62,153 nt of DNA from a virus (lineage: Duplodnaviria; Caudoviricetes), in IMG/VR virus record IMGVR_UViG_3300025141_000088, positions 1 through 62,153 of that record; one strand, written 5' to 3'. Shown piece after piece: positions 29,610-40,581 of this stretch. The notes under the pieces were generated by a model. The model had not been told where the DNA came from. It saw only the letters and a program-made list of their open reading frames with translations, and made no database searches. Position 1 is the first letter of the stretch. The number at the start of each line of letters is the position of its first letter. The position numbers and the translations under genes are program-made.

Positions 29610-30432
29610 ATGTCTGATAAGTTAATTCCCCAAAGAGTTTATATTAAATACAGTGTTGATTTCAAGGAGGTTCCAGACCGAGTATCCATCATGCTCAACG
29701 AACTATCCAACAACCTTACCTCCTTGAGTGGCTATTTCCAAGCCGCCGCCTTGGATGCACCCACTAAACCAGCGATTGTGATGAATAATCTGGCGGAATA
29801 TAATAGCTTGGTGCAAAAGATATTAATTAGGATAGGAGATACCCACGAGATACTGGCGAATTATATGGAGATCCTTCAAGCAGCTGCCAAGATAGACGCT
29901 GAACACAGGAGGCAAGCACAGGAGCAAGAACAAGAAGGCACACTCAAGGTGGTAAAGAGAGTTACCACCGTTGTGAAAGGTATCTAATATGATAGAGTGT
30001 TCACTCCGCCCAATCCCTAAGAGTTCCTTTAAAAATTCACCAGAAGAACCCACCAAACACGGCCGATATTCATCATCCGTTTTCCACATCAGCGGCTACG
30101 GTGATAGCAAGTGGGTGGTGGGATGTTATCTGGACGTGGATTTTGATAACCACCTTAAAGAGATGACGGAACAACAGTTCATAGATTCATGCGTTGCATT
30201 TTTGAATGAGCCGCCAAAGCGACAAAAGTTCCAGCGACAAAAAAAGAAGTCCCTCTATGGAAAGCTTGGTGTTCACGCTTACAAATTAAAAGAGCGCAAT
30301 GGCCACCGTTTTGTCGAATTGCTGCTAATTACTGATGATCCTAAGAATGATAATTTCTGGGGCGAAGGTGTTAGCTATGCAGGGAAGCCAACTAGAAGAA
30401 GATCTTCAAAAGATCAAAACATTTCTCTCTGA
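29610..30432 (+). CDS. two hypothetical proteins (29610-29987; 29989-30432)
   Basis: Adjacent ORFs with plausible starts. Confidence 0.55.
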
Positions 30433-30733
30433 TAATGGGATTAAGCTCCTGTTCTCATCTGACGCCGAAAACTACATTGACCACCACACCTCCGAAATTG
30501 TCATCGGTTGCCGCCAAACCCCCAAACATGTTGTTTACACAATCCTTCACGAAATAGGTCATTACTTCTTGGACATCCACTTTGATAGTGAAACCAAATC
30601 ATCCATTGTTATCGAGGAGGTCCTTGCCTGGGATCGCGGGTACGACATTGGACAGACTTTGCAGATTAATATTGACGATGAAGATTGGAAAGAAATTATG
30701 GAAGACTGCATCCGCCAGTATATAGAACAATAA
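30377..30733 (+). CDS. HExxH metallopeptidase-like protein (ImmA/IrrE-like)
   Basis: YTILHEIGHY...EEVLAWDRG. Confidence 0.6.
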   Translation: MQGSQLEEDLQKIKTFLSDNGIKLLFSSDAENYIDHHTSEIVIGCRQTPKHVVYTILHEIGHYFLDIHFDSETKSSIVIEEVLAWDRGYDIGQTLQINIDDEDWKEIMEDCIRQYIEQ

Positions 30734-31301
30734 AATTCCATTACCCTTCTCCTCCACTACTTACAATAAGGTATGGAAAACAAACTATATATAAAGGTTA
30801 AGTGCTCTATCTGCCGAGGGCAGAAACCATTTTCCTGCATGTATTGTGACGCCATCGGGGAGAGTTATATCGAAGCCTCTGATAGGACCATCATAAGAGT
30901 CGTCAAGGCCATTATCCCCTCCGAGATACTAGAAAAACTCATGGACGAAGGAGAATAGCAGCATGTTTGACGACAAAGAAGAGGAAGGAAGATTGATGGA
31001 CGAGGCCTACACGGTATATTCAGAACTACTGGCTCGCGCCATAAGATCTGGTGCTATGGAGGACCCCATAAAAATGGTAGGGCTATTCTTGGGCCTCAAC
31101 ATCGCCGAGAACATTATGTACCAAAAGCTTCTCGACAGTGGTTGTACGATTGGAGATATCGAGGAATCAAAGAAGAAAGTGACCACCGTTAGTCAGAGAA
31201 TTATAGCTCAAGTAAAGGGAAAATTGGTCCTTCCTGACTCCGAAGAGAACTTTTAAACAAATTCCTTGAACAATCTTTGAAAGTATGGTATAGTTATATA
31301 C

Positions 31302-33224
31302 ATGGGTAGATTATTTATTTTACTACTAATGCCGCTCTTTCTTTCCTGCAATGGCTGCGAAGAGAAGCTAACAAAAGTGTGTCCTCCGCCTGTAGGTTGC
31401 ATCATCAACGAAGACGGTAACGTTGAAACTTTAACGAACATCGTCGGCCTCCACACCAGCGTTGGAGAATGTAGCATAGGTCACACGACGTGTGATGAGG
31501 ATATGAACATTCTATGCGAAGGCTACATAACACCAGCTCTTGAAGAGTGTAACGACAAAGATGATGACTGCGATGGCTTAATAGATAACGGCATCTCGTG
31601 GGACAATGACGGCGACGGTTTTAATTCGCTGTCCTCATGCCTTAACCCGCTGGACTGTGACGACAACGAAGAGTCCGTCAACCCAGAACATCGAGAAATT
31701 TGCGATGGCCTCGACAACAATTGCGACGCCATCATTGACGACATCCAGCCCGTAGAGTGTTGGACGGGCGGCACCGATGCGATACTTGACGACACCACAC
31801 CCTGCAAAACGGGGGTAATGGAATGCACCGATAGCGCATGGACCAGCTGTCAAGACCAAGTTCTTGACGAGCTTGAACGCTGCGATGGTGTAGACAACAA
31901 TTGCAACGGCGTGATCGACGAAGACCCAATTGAACTGCAGTCCCTCAATCAAAGAACCTGCGGCTACAACGACATAGGAATATGTGCCTATGGTTTGAAG
32001 TATTGTGTAGAAGGCGACGTCAAATGTTTTGATGCGGTCATGCCCCAGAACGAGACTTGCAACGATTTAGATGATGACTGCGACGGCGCCAAAGATGAAA
32101 ATTTATTTCAACCATGTGAATCTATCTGCGGTCCAGGAATGGAGACTTGCGTCAATGGCCGATGGACCCAGTGCAACGCCCCTGTACCCTCCACCGAATT
32201 GTGCGACAACATCGATAACGACTGCGATGGAGAGATCGACGAGGGGTGTCTTTGTGTAAGAGACGATACGCAGGTATGCAGAGAAGATATTTACGACTCC
32301 TATGGAAACATAATGAATTGCGGGTACGGAATTCAAACTTGTGATGAGTGGGGAATCTGGGGGACATGCATCTATCAGGGCATTGAGGAAGAAGTCTGCG
32401 ACAACTGGGACAACGACTGCGATGGAGAAATCGACGGCCTTGTGTCCATGTGTGGAAACAACCCGAACCTCCACGGCATTGGCCAGTGTCTCTTGGGAAC
32501 GACCTCTTGCGAAGCAGGCGATTGGGGCGATTGCATTGGCGAGGTATTGCCGGAAGAAGAGATTTGCGACTTCATAGACAACGATTGTGATGGAGAGGTC
32601 GATGAGGACTTAAACGCCTATGACCAAGTGGATATGATATTCGTCATAGATACATCAGGATCTATGTGCCCATACATTGAGGCACTCTACGAAGGTATCT
32701 TGGCGTACATTGCAGACTTTGAAGAGACAGACCACCGTTTCGGACTAATTATTCACCCAAGTCAGGATCATTCCAATCCATATGGCAACGCCGTGAACGT
32801 GACCATGGGGGGGCTGGTAGACGCACCAACATTTTCAAACCTCTTGTCCGGACTGGGATGCAATGGTGGCGGCTGGGAGAGGACTACCGACGTGGTTGCT
32901 GCCGTTGTTGATCCATCGAATCCCCTAGCTATCGACTGGAGAAGCGATTCATATCCTTACGTCATAAGTATTAGCGACGAGGGCCCACAGACATCGTATG
33001 GAACACACCCGTATGATGTTGGAACATTAGCATCCAACTGTCAAATCGCAGGCTGCACCAACGGCGACGAGGTAGAATTGTATTTTATTGATGCCCTAAA
33101 TTACCTAAGTTCATGGATGTCTGCAGTCTTCGCAGATCCAGATAGAACTATTGATATTCACCCACCTTCAGGAAGCAGATACACGCAAATCCTGAGAGAC
33201 ATTTTTCAAGATGTATGTTTCTAG
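31302..33224 (+). CDS. lipoprotein with seven myxobacterial-type Cys/Asp metal-binding repeats and a C-terminal vWA domain
   Basis: Lipobox FLSC; repeats ExC(D/N)xxD(N/D)(N/D)C(D/N)GxxD; MIDAS DMIFVIDTSGSM and ISISDE. Confidence 0.8.
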   Translation: MGRLFILLLMPLFLSCNGCEEKLTKVCPPPVGCIINEDGNVETLTNIVGLHTSVGECSIGHTTCDEDMNILCEGYITPALEECNDKDDDCDGLIDNGISWDNDGDGFNSLSSCLNPLDCDDNEESVNPEHREICDGLDNNCDAIIDDIQPVECWTGGTDAILDDTTPCKTGVMECTDSAWTSCQDQVLDELERCDGVDNNCNGVIDEDPIELQSLNQRTCGYNDIGICAYGLKYCVEGDVKCFDAVMPQNETCNDLDDDCDGAKDENLFQPCESICGPGMETCVNGRWTQCNAPVPSTELCDNIDNDCDGEIDEGCLCVRDDTQVCREDIYDSYGNIMNCGYGIQTCDEWGIWGTCIYQGIEEEVCDNWDNDCDGEIDGLVSMCGNNPNLHGIGQCLLGTTSCEAGDWGDCIGEVLPEEEICDFIDNDCDGEVDEDLNAYDQVDMIFVIDTSGSMCPYIEALYEGILAYIADFEETDHRFGLIIHPSQDHSNPYGNAVNVTMGGLVDAPTFSNLLSGLGCNGGGWERTTDVVAAVVDPSNPLAIDWRSDSYPYVISISDEGPQTSYGTHPYDVGTLASNCQIAGCTNGDEVELYFIDALNYLSSWMSAVFADPDRTIDIHPPSGSRYTQILRDIFQDVCF

Positions 33225-33273
33225 CCGAGTAACAAATCAAGACGTTACGCTATTCTCTCCTCTATTTACTTTT

Positions 33274-33621
33274 ATGAAAAAGACGACGATGCAGAGGGGA
33301 GACTTGGTATGCTTCGAGGGCGATGAGCATGAACTTTTGCTCGGCGTAGGCCTTGTGGTAGATATAAAAGGAAACATTGATGACTTAGCCGATTTCGAAA
33401 GCGCAATCAGAGATTTCTATGACGAGGACGAGTACTGGAAGATGTCTCACATCCTACCTGCCGCCCCAATGATCTTGGTGTTGTGGACAAAATCACCAAC
33501 ATACGAAGAAAGCAACTTTAACCTTTACAATATGGAAAAACTAGGTTATTCTTTTATGTGGGTATATCCCACGGAAGTTAAGGTGATCTCACCGGAGTCA
33601 CTAGAAAAGATAGGAGAGTAG
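33274..33621 (+). CDS. GDLV-family SH3/KOW-like protein
   Basis: RGDLV...GVGLVV...VLW; SD-less ATG 5 nt after TATTTA. Confidence 0.5.
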   Translation: MKKTTMQRGDLVCFEGDEHELLLGVGLVVDIKGNIDDLADFESAIRDFYDEDEYWKMSHILPAAPMILVLWTKSPTYEESNFNLYNMEKLGYSFMWVYPTEVKVISPESLEKIGE

Positions 33622-33861
33622 ATTGGAAGAAGAAAAACAACCACTTGTTGATAGAAAGACTTTAAACACTTTACAGTTCATGGCCATCATCGCCATGCTG
33701 CTTACGCTCATCACCGGAAACCGCTTGGGTTTCGCCATCGGTACTGGTATGATGTGCGCACTGAAGCTTTTAGCCATGGCCACCTTTGAAGATTCAAAGG
33801 AAGCCATTTTTGCTGCAATCTATGCCGGCCTAACCATTTACTTTTTTATGGAACTATAGAT

Positions 33862-34506
33862 ATGATGAGTCTGTTGAAGAGTCTAGTGAGAATTGGCCTA
33901 CTATTGGCCATACCAATTTCCATACCTGCGAGCAGTTCAGAGATCGCTGACCAATGGCCGGAGACATCCATATTCCACAAGCAAATCACAAGCAAAACCT
34001 GCTCGTCAGTACCAGCCAACAAACTCAACAAGGTGCCCGGATATGATAACACCTTTCAACTCACGGACGATTGCGATTACTTCTACCCTTCTCACACCTC
34101 GTTAGCCCTACATGTTTTTTACATTGAGTGGGTTAATAAATTCAGAGATGATGACGAAGCACTACTCAGGGCCATCAACGATTTGGAGATTGAGTACGGA
34201 ACTTACCAGAGAGTGATCTCTAGAGTCTTCAGCATGGACGGAACCTATCGTCCCAAACAAACTATAATAAACGGCTTGACAGCCCGAGGCGGCAAGTATA
34301 TATTTGTTTGGATTGGAACCGGCGCACACCCAAAGTTAAGTAAAACGTCTCTTGTGCATGAGCTTATACATGTTGCGATCTACGCAGCTAACTGTGGAGA
34401 GCATGGCGACCCCGATCATCTTGGAAATAAGTATGCCGGCTGGACTCACATGCATGTAAAATTGATAGAAGACACGAATGAAATTTTAAAGAGTATGGAC
34501 CTGTAA
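33862..34506 (+). CDS. secreted HExxH metallopeptidase-like protein
   Basis: Signal peptide; TSLVHELIH...GDPDH. Confidence 0.55.
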   Translation: MMSLLKSLVRIGLLLAIPISIPASSSEIADQWPETSIFHKQITSKTCSSVPANKLNKVPGYDNTFQLTDDCDYFYPSHTSLALHVFYIEWVNKFRDDDEALLRAINDLEIEYGTYQRVISRVFSMDGTYRPKQTIINGLTARGGKYIFVWIGTGAHPKLSKTSLVHELIHVAIYAANCGEHGDPDHLGNKYAGWTHMHVKLIEDTNEILKSMDL

Positions 34507-35669
34507 GTTAAGGAGGAGGTTAAAATGCAAAAAAACATTGTTTTAGGCGTTAACGACGCCATGGCCCAAGAGCAGACAAAAAACGATAAACCGGTGAATA
34601 CTGCCCACCGTAGCGAAGAATTCTTGGCTTTGAGAGATGATATCGCATCACTCAAGCAAGAGAACTCTCTTTTTGCGGCCGCAGTAGAGGAAATGCGACT
34701 GCAGAACGAAGAATTGAAGAATAAAATTGATAAATTAATTTCTAGCTCTTCTGTAAGAAAGAAAAAAAAGAAGACCAATAACAAGCAAGAAACGGGAAAA
34801 TAAAAATGAGTATCAAAACGCTGCTTTCAGAGAAGGCTAAAGAATCACAGAAAAGAACAAAAGAGATGCAGGGCATGACCGAAGCAGCCTCCGCACTTTC
34901 TGAAAAGATCGTGGAGGAATACTGCACCAAAGTTTACGACGTCGCAAGCGCCGGCGCCGAATGTTATTTTTTTGATATGAAAGATTATAATCAGGCCACC
35001 ATATCGAAAGTGTCTATCGACATGAAGACTAAGTTGGGCGATGTGTTGGTTATAGTTTCCCCTCGAGGCATTGAGGCGAACTGGAAAATGACTGATTAGG
35101 GGTTTGCAGTGCTAGAGAGAGGAGATCTCGTTCGAGGAGTGAAACCTTGGAACGAGGGCACAATCATAGGTATTGTACTGAGAGAGAAGAAATTACTTTC
35201 CCTTGGAGGACCCTCGTCCTTTAAGGTGCATTGGATAAATTCTTCGGACAACAAAATGACACAAAAGCCAACATTCTTAACTTGGGAAGTGGCCACATCA
35301 GTGGAGAAGATTCAAAATGAGTACTAAAGAAGATGACGAGATTCTTAGAATAAACGTGGAAAAAATAGCAAACGATCCCGGCGAATGGGTTGCATCCCCA
35401 AAGAACGATCTTATTATATTACAGAGCGCAATATTCCAGTCAATTTTCAACTATATCAATATGGCCGCAGAAGACAGCAAACTTGATGTTGCTTATGACA
35501 TGAGCCCAGAGAGGATCATTAACGCCATGCTCAAAAAGACGGAGATCGAAGTGGTTGATGCACTCATAAAGTCTTATAATAAAAGGATTTCCTCACTTTC
35601 CGAGGATTAAGGTTGACGGGACTCAAAAAGTGTGTTAGAATCTTACTCGGACGACAAACAGGAGGGATC

Positions 35670-36290
35670 ATGACCAAGGACCGCTTAGACAAACTCATCG
35701 AAGAGAAGAAGAAGGACGCAGACGAAGGTGCATTAGAGTTTCTTCAATCCCTTCGAACCAGCTTGGAGAAATGGGGCGAACTCACAGCCAAACAAACTGC
35801 AGCCTTCGAAAGGATCGAATACCTCTCCTCTGCAGAGGGAAAGGACTATGCAGCAGCATGGCAGAGAGAATTCACCGACGCACTCGCGGACAATGCAAAG
35901 ATTTGCGCTCGATATTACTTAGCGAACCCTCCCTATTTCAACGACCTTGCATCCAAGATTTTATCTAATGATGGTTTTGTCCCAACCGAGAACCAATATC
36001 GCGCCATGTGCGAGAATAAATATACCACAAAAGTCATTAAAGAATATCACAGACCACCAGAGTTTTTAAATGGGGACATTGTGCAGGTGAGGGACAACAG
36101 GTCGATGCCCTACCACCTTTATAGCATCAAGGGGAAACCCTGCGTAGTGATAAACAACAACAGTGGCCACATCACCACTCACGCCAAGGGAGCCAAAATC
36201 TACAAGATCCTCCCATTCGGGCAGCCAAAGCTTTTTGAATGTCAAGAGAGATACTTAAAAAGTCTAAAGCCTCAGAAGAAAAGTGCTTGA
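35670..36290 (+). CDS. hypothetical protein with C-terminal SH3/KOW-like barrel
   Basis: ATG after GGAGG; FLNGDIVQV; promoter TTGACG-17-TAGAAT at 35613-35641. Confidence 0.55.
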   Translation: MTKDRLDKLIEEKKKDADEGALEFLQSLRTSLEKWGELTAKQTAAFERIEYLSSAEGKDYAAAWQREFTDALADNAKICARYYLANPPYFNDLASKILSNDGFVPTENQYRAMCENKYTTKVIKEYHRPPEFLNGDIVQVRDNRSMPYHLYSIKGKPCVVINNNSGHITTHAKGAKIYKILPFGQPKLFECQERYLKSLKPQKKSA

Positions 36291-36315
36291 CACTATCTGC
36301 AGACCGTGATATAAT
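36287..36315 (+). promoter_or_regulatory. consensus sigma70 promoter
   Basis: TTGACA-17-TATAAT with TG. Confidence 0.85.
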
Positions 36316-36920
36316 AATAACACACAAAAAAAAGGAGACTGTTATGAACAGCGAAACAATGAAAGCAGTAAGAGAAGCCGCAGTAACTACTTTGTCCAAA
36401 GGCGCAGACTTAGCGTTCAAGACAACCGTCGTTGTACTTACTCTAAGATTGATGGGAATTTTACAGTAGTAAAGGAAACTACAAAGGAGGAAAAAGAAAT
36501 GACTGAAGAAAAGACAAGATTGTTCACAATCACCAGTGTCAAACGTGTCGACAATGGCCTTGAATTCGAATTCGACCTCTCAGACGAATTCGTTGAAAAG
36601 TTCAAAGAAGAGCAGGGACTGAAGAAATGGTCACAGAAACGTTTTGACGCATGGGTAACAGAAAATATTGATGCTATCTCGCAGCTCGCAGGGCTCACGT
36701 CAGCCGAGCCGCCCGTAGAATAGAACACCAACCCAACCCATCTTTAGAAGGGGCCCCCAAGTGAAGATAGCAGAACAGGCATTGCTTGATGAGATGATCA
36801 CGCACAGCATTAAAGCATTTACGGAAGAAGATACCGGCAAGAGAGAATATCACAGAGAAATGTATCAGGTTACAAAGCGTGTCTTGTGGGAGTGTGTCGA
36901 AGAAAACCGGAGAGCAGGAA

Positions 36921-37370
36921 ATGACAAAGACTCTTGAATATGGTGCAATTACGATTCTGCTGGCCTTCACAAGCGTTCAGGAGCGGCTGATAAAACAGAT
37001 TACGCCCATCATCGTCAAGGAAGCCCAAGCACAAGGGCTTGAGCCAGAGATGGTTGCCGCAGTTATTCAGGTGGAGTCCAGTTGGTATCCGCGAGCAGAG
37101 AGCGAAGCTGGAGCATGCGGTCTTATGCAAGTGATCCCTAAATGGAACCCCAAGCCAGATGGTACACTCTACACCTGCGAGGAGCTTAAAGATCCAGCAA
37201 CGGGGATCAAAGCGGGGACAACAGCCCTGCGCCGCTGGCTAGACAGAGCTTCAGGAGACATGCATCTTGCCCTCTGCGCCTACAACGCCGGAAACACCTG
37301 TTTTAAGAAGATGCGAACAAATTATGTACGGCGCGTTATGAATGTTTACCACACCATAACCGAAAAATGA
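36921..37370 (+). CDS. lytic transglycosylase (SLT domain)
   Basis: AVIQVES, AES.AGACGLMQV, ALCAYNAG. Confidence 0.9.
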   Translation: MTKTLEYGAITILLAFTSVQERLIKQITPIIVKEAQAQGLEPEMVAAVIQVESSWYPRAESEAGACGLMQVIPKWNPKPDGTLYTCEELKDPATGIKAGTTALRRWLDRASGDMHLALCAYNAGNTCFKKMRTNYVRRVMNVYHTITEK

Positions 37371-37469
37371 ACACAAGCTTGACTTATTTTTGGTTTCATG
37401 ATATAATGGAAGAAAGTGATCCCACGCACCCTGCGCGGTAATCTTTTCAACACCTTAGAGGGAGTATTC

Positions 37470-38273
37470 ATGGGATATGCAACGGATGGAAGAAGTCACG
37501 CAAACGGCACTGGAGGAGAAGCAAGTGTTATTAAACAGATTAATAACAACAAGCTCCTTAGTGATCACCTCGGTGGAGGCACAGCAATTCAACTGGGAGG
37601 GACAAAGAACGTCGCAGACATAATCGTCTCAGGGATCAAAAAAGAGGTCAGTGTCAAGACATATACCGGCGCCTCGGGCACCACCGACATTATAAACACT
37701 ACTCGATTTGAAGATTACATCGAGTCATACCCTGAGTTAAACGAACTCCGATTTTACATTGACCTCGTGCGAGGCGCCTACTCCGACACTGAAATGTCGA
37801 AGGCTGAAGCCAGACCAGTCATCGACAGTGTTCGCAAGGTAATACAAGAAAAGTCTAACGCGGCACTCGAAGCCCTTAATTCAAGATTGGCCACTGCACT
37901 GTTGCATCGAGCTATCAAGACTAGACTTCCCATGGGGCTGGAGACTATTGTAAATCACATACCATCTGGAAAATTATATGCATACGACTCAGGCAATCAC
38001 CCCGTTCACAACGTGGCTGCTGTTTATGCTAAGCGCGTCAGGGCAAAAGGATCTCGCATGTTGATGGAATCTTCAACGGACGAATACACAGGATTCCGCC
38101 TCCGATTCGCTTTGAACAATGGTGTCGGCGCCCTTCTTGCAGGAGAGAAGTGGTCATCCAATAAGTCTAGCTCTCTAACTTTCAAGCTTCAGTATGAATC
38201 TAATGATAAGGTATTGGAGACTCTTGAGCAACAGGGGCTTTTGAAAACATTCGAGGTAATAAAGAATGATTAA
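37470..38273 (+). CDS. putative type II restriction endonuclease (PD-(D/E)xK)
   Basis: G..GE, ADIIV....VSVK; overlaps the downstream MTase start; own promoter TTGACT-17-TATAAT at 37379-37407. Confidence 0.55.
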   Translation: MGYATDGRSHANGTGGEASVIKQINNNKLLSDHLGGGTAIQLGGTKNVADIIVSGIKKEVSVKTYTGASGTTDIINTTRFEDYIESYPELNELRFYIDLVRGAYSDTEMSKAEARPVIDSVRKVIQEKSNAALEALNSRLATALLHRAIKTRLPMGLETIVNHIPSGKLYAYDSGNHPVHNVAAVYAKRVRAKGSRMLMESSTDEYTGFRLRFALNNGVGALLAGEKWSSNKSSSLTFKLQYESNDKVLETLEQQGLLKTFEVIKND

Positions 38274-39249
38274 ACAAGGAAACGCACTCGAACTCTTACA
38301 AGAGCTAGAAGAATCTTCTATCGCAACCGCTTACTTTGACCCTCCCTTTAATACGGGGAGGGACTTTGCCCTCGACTCTTCAACCGATGGGAAGAAAGTA
38401 AAGTTCTCAGACAAATGGGACAGTGACGAAGCTTACCAGCAGTTCATTGATCCTGTCGTGTCTGAGCTTGCAAGAGTCTTGAAGCCTGACGGTTCTTTGT
38501 TTTTTCATATCTCTGCTGCCGAGATGTTCATTCCTGAGTTGGTTTGCAGGAGACATTTTAAAAACGTAAAGCCCATCTTCTGGAAGAAGTCACGCTCAAA
38601 GAACAACGTGAAGAAGAAGTTGGGAGCAACCATCGATGTTATCTTCCAATGCTCCGCAGCTAAGGAGCCAAAGTTTAATCCAGTCTATCAACCACTGGAC
38701 GCATATTACTTAGAGAATTCATATAAGAACAAAGATGACCGAGGTTACTATGCCCTTGGACACCTTGTCAACGGTCGCACTCGAACCATCGACCCTGCAG
38801 ACGACAGCGCAAAGTCAGAAGATAAGCAGCGCCTGTATTCCTACGAACACACCGACGGTCGTGTGTGGACCCCACCCAACGGCTGGAGATTGTCGAAGAC
38901 CTCTCTCTTAGAGTTGATCGAGGTGAAGCGAGTTCATTTTCCATTGGGAAAAGGAAATTTATATAGAAAGATTTATAAACATGAATCGAAGGGCAAGCCA
39001 GCAACAGACTTGTGGGATGATATCCATTCAATAGCGCAGGGAAGTGAAAGGTTCTACCCAACACAGAAGCCAGACAAGCTACTAGAGAGAATCATAGAGA
39101 TGTCCTCAGACCCCGGCGACACAGTACTAGATCCTATGGCTGGTTCTGGGACAACACCTGCAGCTGCCCGACGTTTAGGTCGAAAGTATATTGCATTCGA
39201 TCTCAGCGAAGAGGCAATCAGGGTCATGAAAGAAAAGAGAGAACTGTGA
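38266..39249 (+). CDS. beta-class N6A/N4C DNA methyltransferase
   Basis: YFDPPFN, YPTQKP..LLERII, VLDPMAGSGTT. Confidence 0.92.
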   Translation: MIKQGNALELLQELEESSIATAYFDPPFNTGRDFALDSSTDGKKVKFSDKWDSDEAYQQFIDPVVSELARVLKPDGSLFFHISAAEMFIPELVCRRHFKNVKPIFWKKSRSKNNVKKKLGATIDVIFQCSAAKEPKFNPVYQPLDAYYLENSYKNKDDRGYYALGHLVNGRTRTIDPADDSAKSEDKQRLYSYEHTDGRVWTPPNGWRLSKTSLLELIEVKRVHFPLGKGNLYRKIYKHESKGKPATDLWDDIHSIAQGSERFYPTQKPDKLLERIIEMSSDPGDTVLDPMAGSGTTPAAARRLGRKYIAFDLSEEAIRVMKEKREL

Positions 39250-40027
39250 TGTTGGATATTGTGATCTGGTTTGTATCGGCTTGCTTTATAACAGGAATGT
39301 TCCTGCTATCCTTGAGCACTTACGTTCAGTAGGAATTGCTATGATTGCCTGTATTTGCAATGGGTTGAAAACCAGCGACATAAAAGATATTTGTGATTCG
39401 TGCCAGACCGAAGAAGAGTTTACGGAGTGTCTGAATCTAAAGCTGCGATCAAAGAGTTGCCTTACCTGTTATCGTAACCTAGTTGAGAGCTATGAGAAGA
39501 AAAAGACGAATGAATAATTCACAACTCGTAAATTTTAGACTTGCAGCATATTTACCTTTACAGAGTCTGAATTCTGTGATAGGATAGTGTTATGGAAGAT
39601 AATAAATACTTTTACGAAGGAGAGTATAAAGAGGCAACTCAGCGAGCCACCTCCTTAGAACGACAATTAGTAAAAAAAGATGAAGAAATTAGAAAACAAG
39701 AACTGCTCCTCGAAGAGTTATACAAGCTCGTATATCATAAGAGAGCATGGCTTACCTTGAGCGACGACAACATACTGGGGCTACAGAAGGTCGTGGGAAA
39801 ACTCCCACCGGAGGATCAGCATATAATGCCAAAGACTTCAGGAGAATACGACACCACCGACGATCCCTGGGGAATTTAATATGACAATGAACGACATTAT
39901 CGAAGCCATCACCAGTTTGATGGTGGTCACAATAATTAATTTTGTGGTTGTAACCAGTGTGACAATTGGTATTCTCTATACGATTGACAAGATCAGGGAC
40001 TCTAAAGAGAAAGAGGAATAATTTTAG

Positions 40028-40102
40028 GCTGGTGTGGCTCAACGGTAGAGCTTCTGTTTTGTAATCAGAGGGTTGTGGGTTCGATTCCCTCCGCCAGCTC
40101 CA
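40028..40102 (+). tRNA. tRNA-Thr(TGT)
   Basis: GCTGGTG/CGCCAGC acceptor, TTTGTAA loop, GGTTCGATTCC, CCA. Confidence 0.88.
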
Positions 40103-40107
40103 TTTTT

Positions 40108-40167
40108 GGGGGAACCGTAGCGGGTACGACGGTACTTGTATTGCCGGTTCAATTCCGGCATCCCCTT
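40108..40167 (+). ncRNA. tRNA-like element lacking an anticodon arm
   Basis: GGGGGA/TCCCCT acceptor-like stem, ACCGT-AGCGGGTACG-ACGGT D-like arm, perfect GCCGG-TTCAATT-CCGGC T arm; only ~10 nt between D and T arms. Confidence 0.55.
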
Positions 40168-40214
40168 TGTTTTTGTGTGTAAATTCCTAGCGTTCCTGCT
40201 ATTTATAAACGTGC

Positions 40215-40290
40215 GGGGGATTAGCTCAGCTGGGAGAGCGTCGGCTTTGCAAGCCGGATGTCGTCGGTTCGATCCCGACATCCTCCACCA
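40215..40290 (+). tRNA. tRNA-Ala(TGC)
   Basis: GGGGGAT/ATCCTCC with G3:U70, TTTGCAA loop, GTTCGATC, CCA. Confidence 0.95.
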
Positions 40291-40308
40291 TTTCCGAAAG
40301 GAAAACAA

Positions 40309-40581
40309 ATGTTAAATAAAATACCTATGGTTCTGTTGCTGCTGTTATCATCATGCGGCGCCGAACTGTTCGTTGCTGATGACGAAGATCCTCGATACTG
40401 TGCCCATGAATACCCTGTCGATGCAGCTCCTGACTTCTGCGAATCCTCTTCGTGGGGTGACTGCTGCAGCTGGGAAGATGTAGAGACTGACGATGGCGTT
40501 TGCCGTCTTGATTACTGCGTAGCATATGAAGATCCAAAGTGCAACTGGAGTCTTCAGTATCAAGATTGCGTAGAGGAGTAG
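40309..40581 (+). CDS. small Cys-rich lipoprotein
   Basis: LLLLLSSC lipobox followed by 8 further Cys in ~75 aa. Confidence 0.65.
   Translation: MLNKIPMVLLLLLSSCGAELFVADDEDPRYCAHEYPVDAAPDFCESSSWGDCCSWEDVETDDGVCRLDYCVAYEDPKCNWSLQYQDCVEE

Noticed and set aside
29989-30733. Programmed frameshift between overlapping ORFs
   Set aside because: The downstream ORF has its own ATG (30377) with an SD-like AAGGTG; a short overlap explains it.
40108-40167. tmRNA or tRNA-Tyr(GTA)
   Set aside because: Far too short for tmRNA, with no G3:U70 or tag ORF; the GTA is not in a 7-nt loop on a 5-bp stem.
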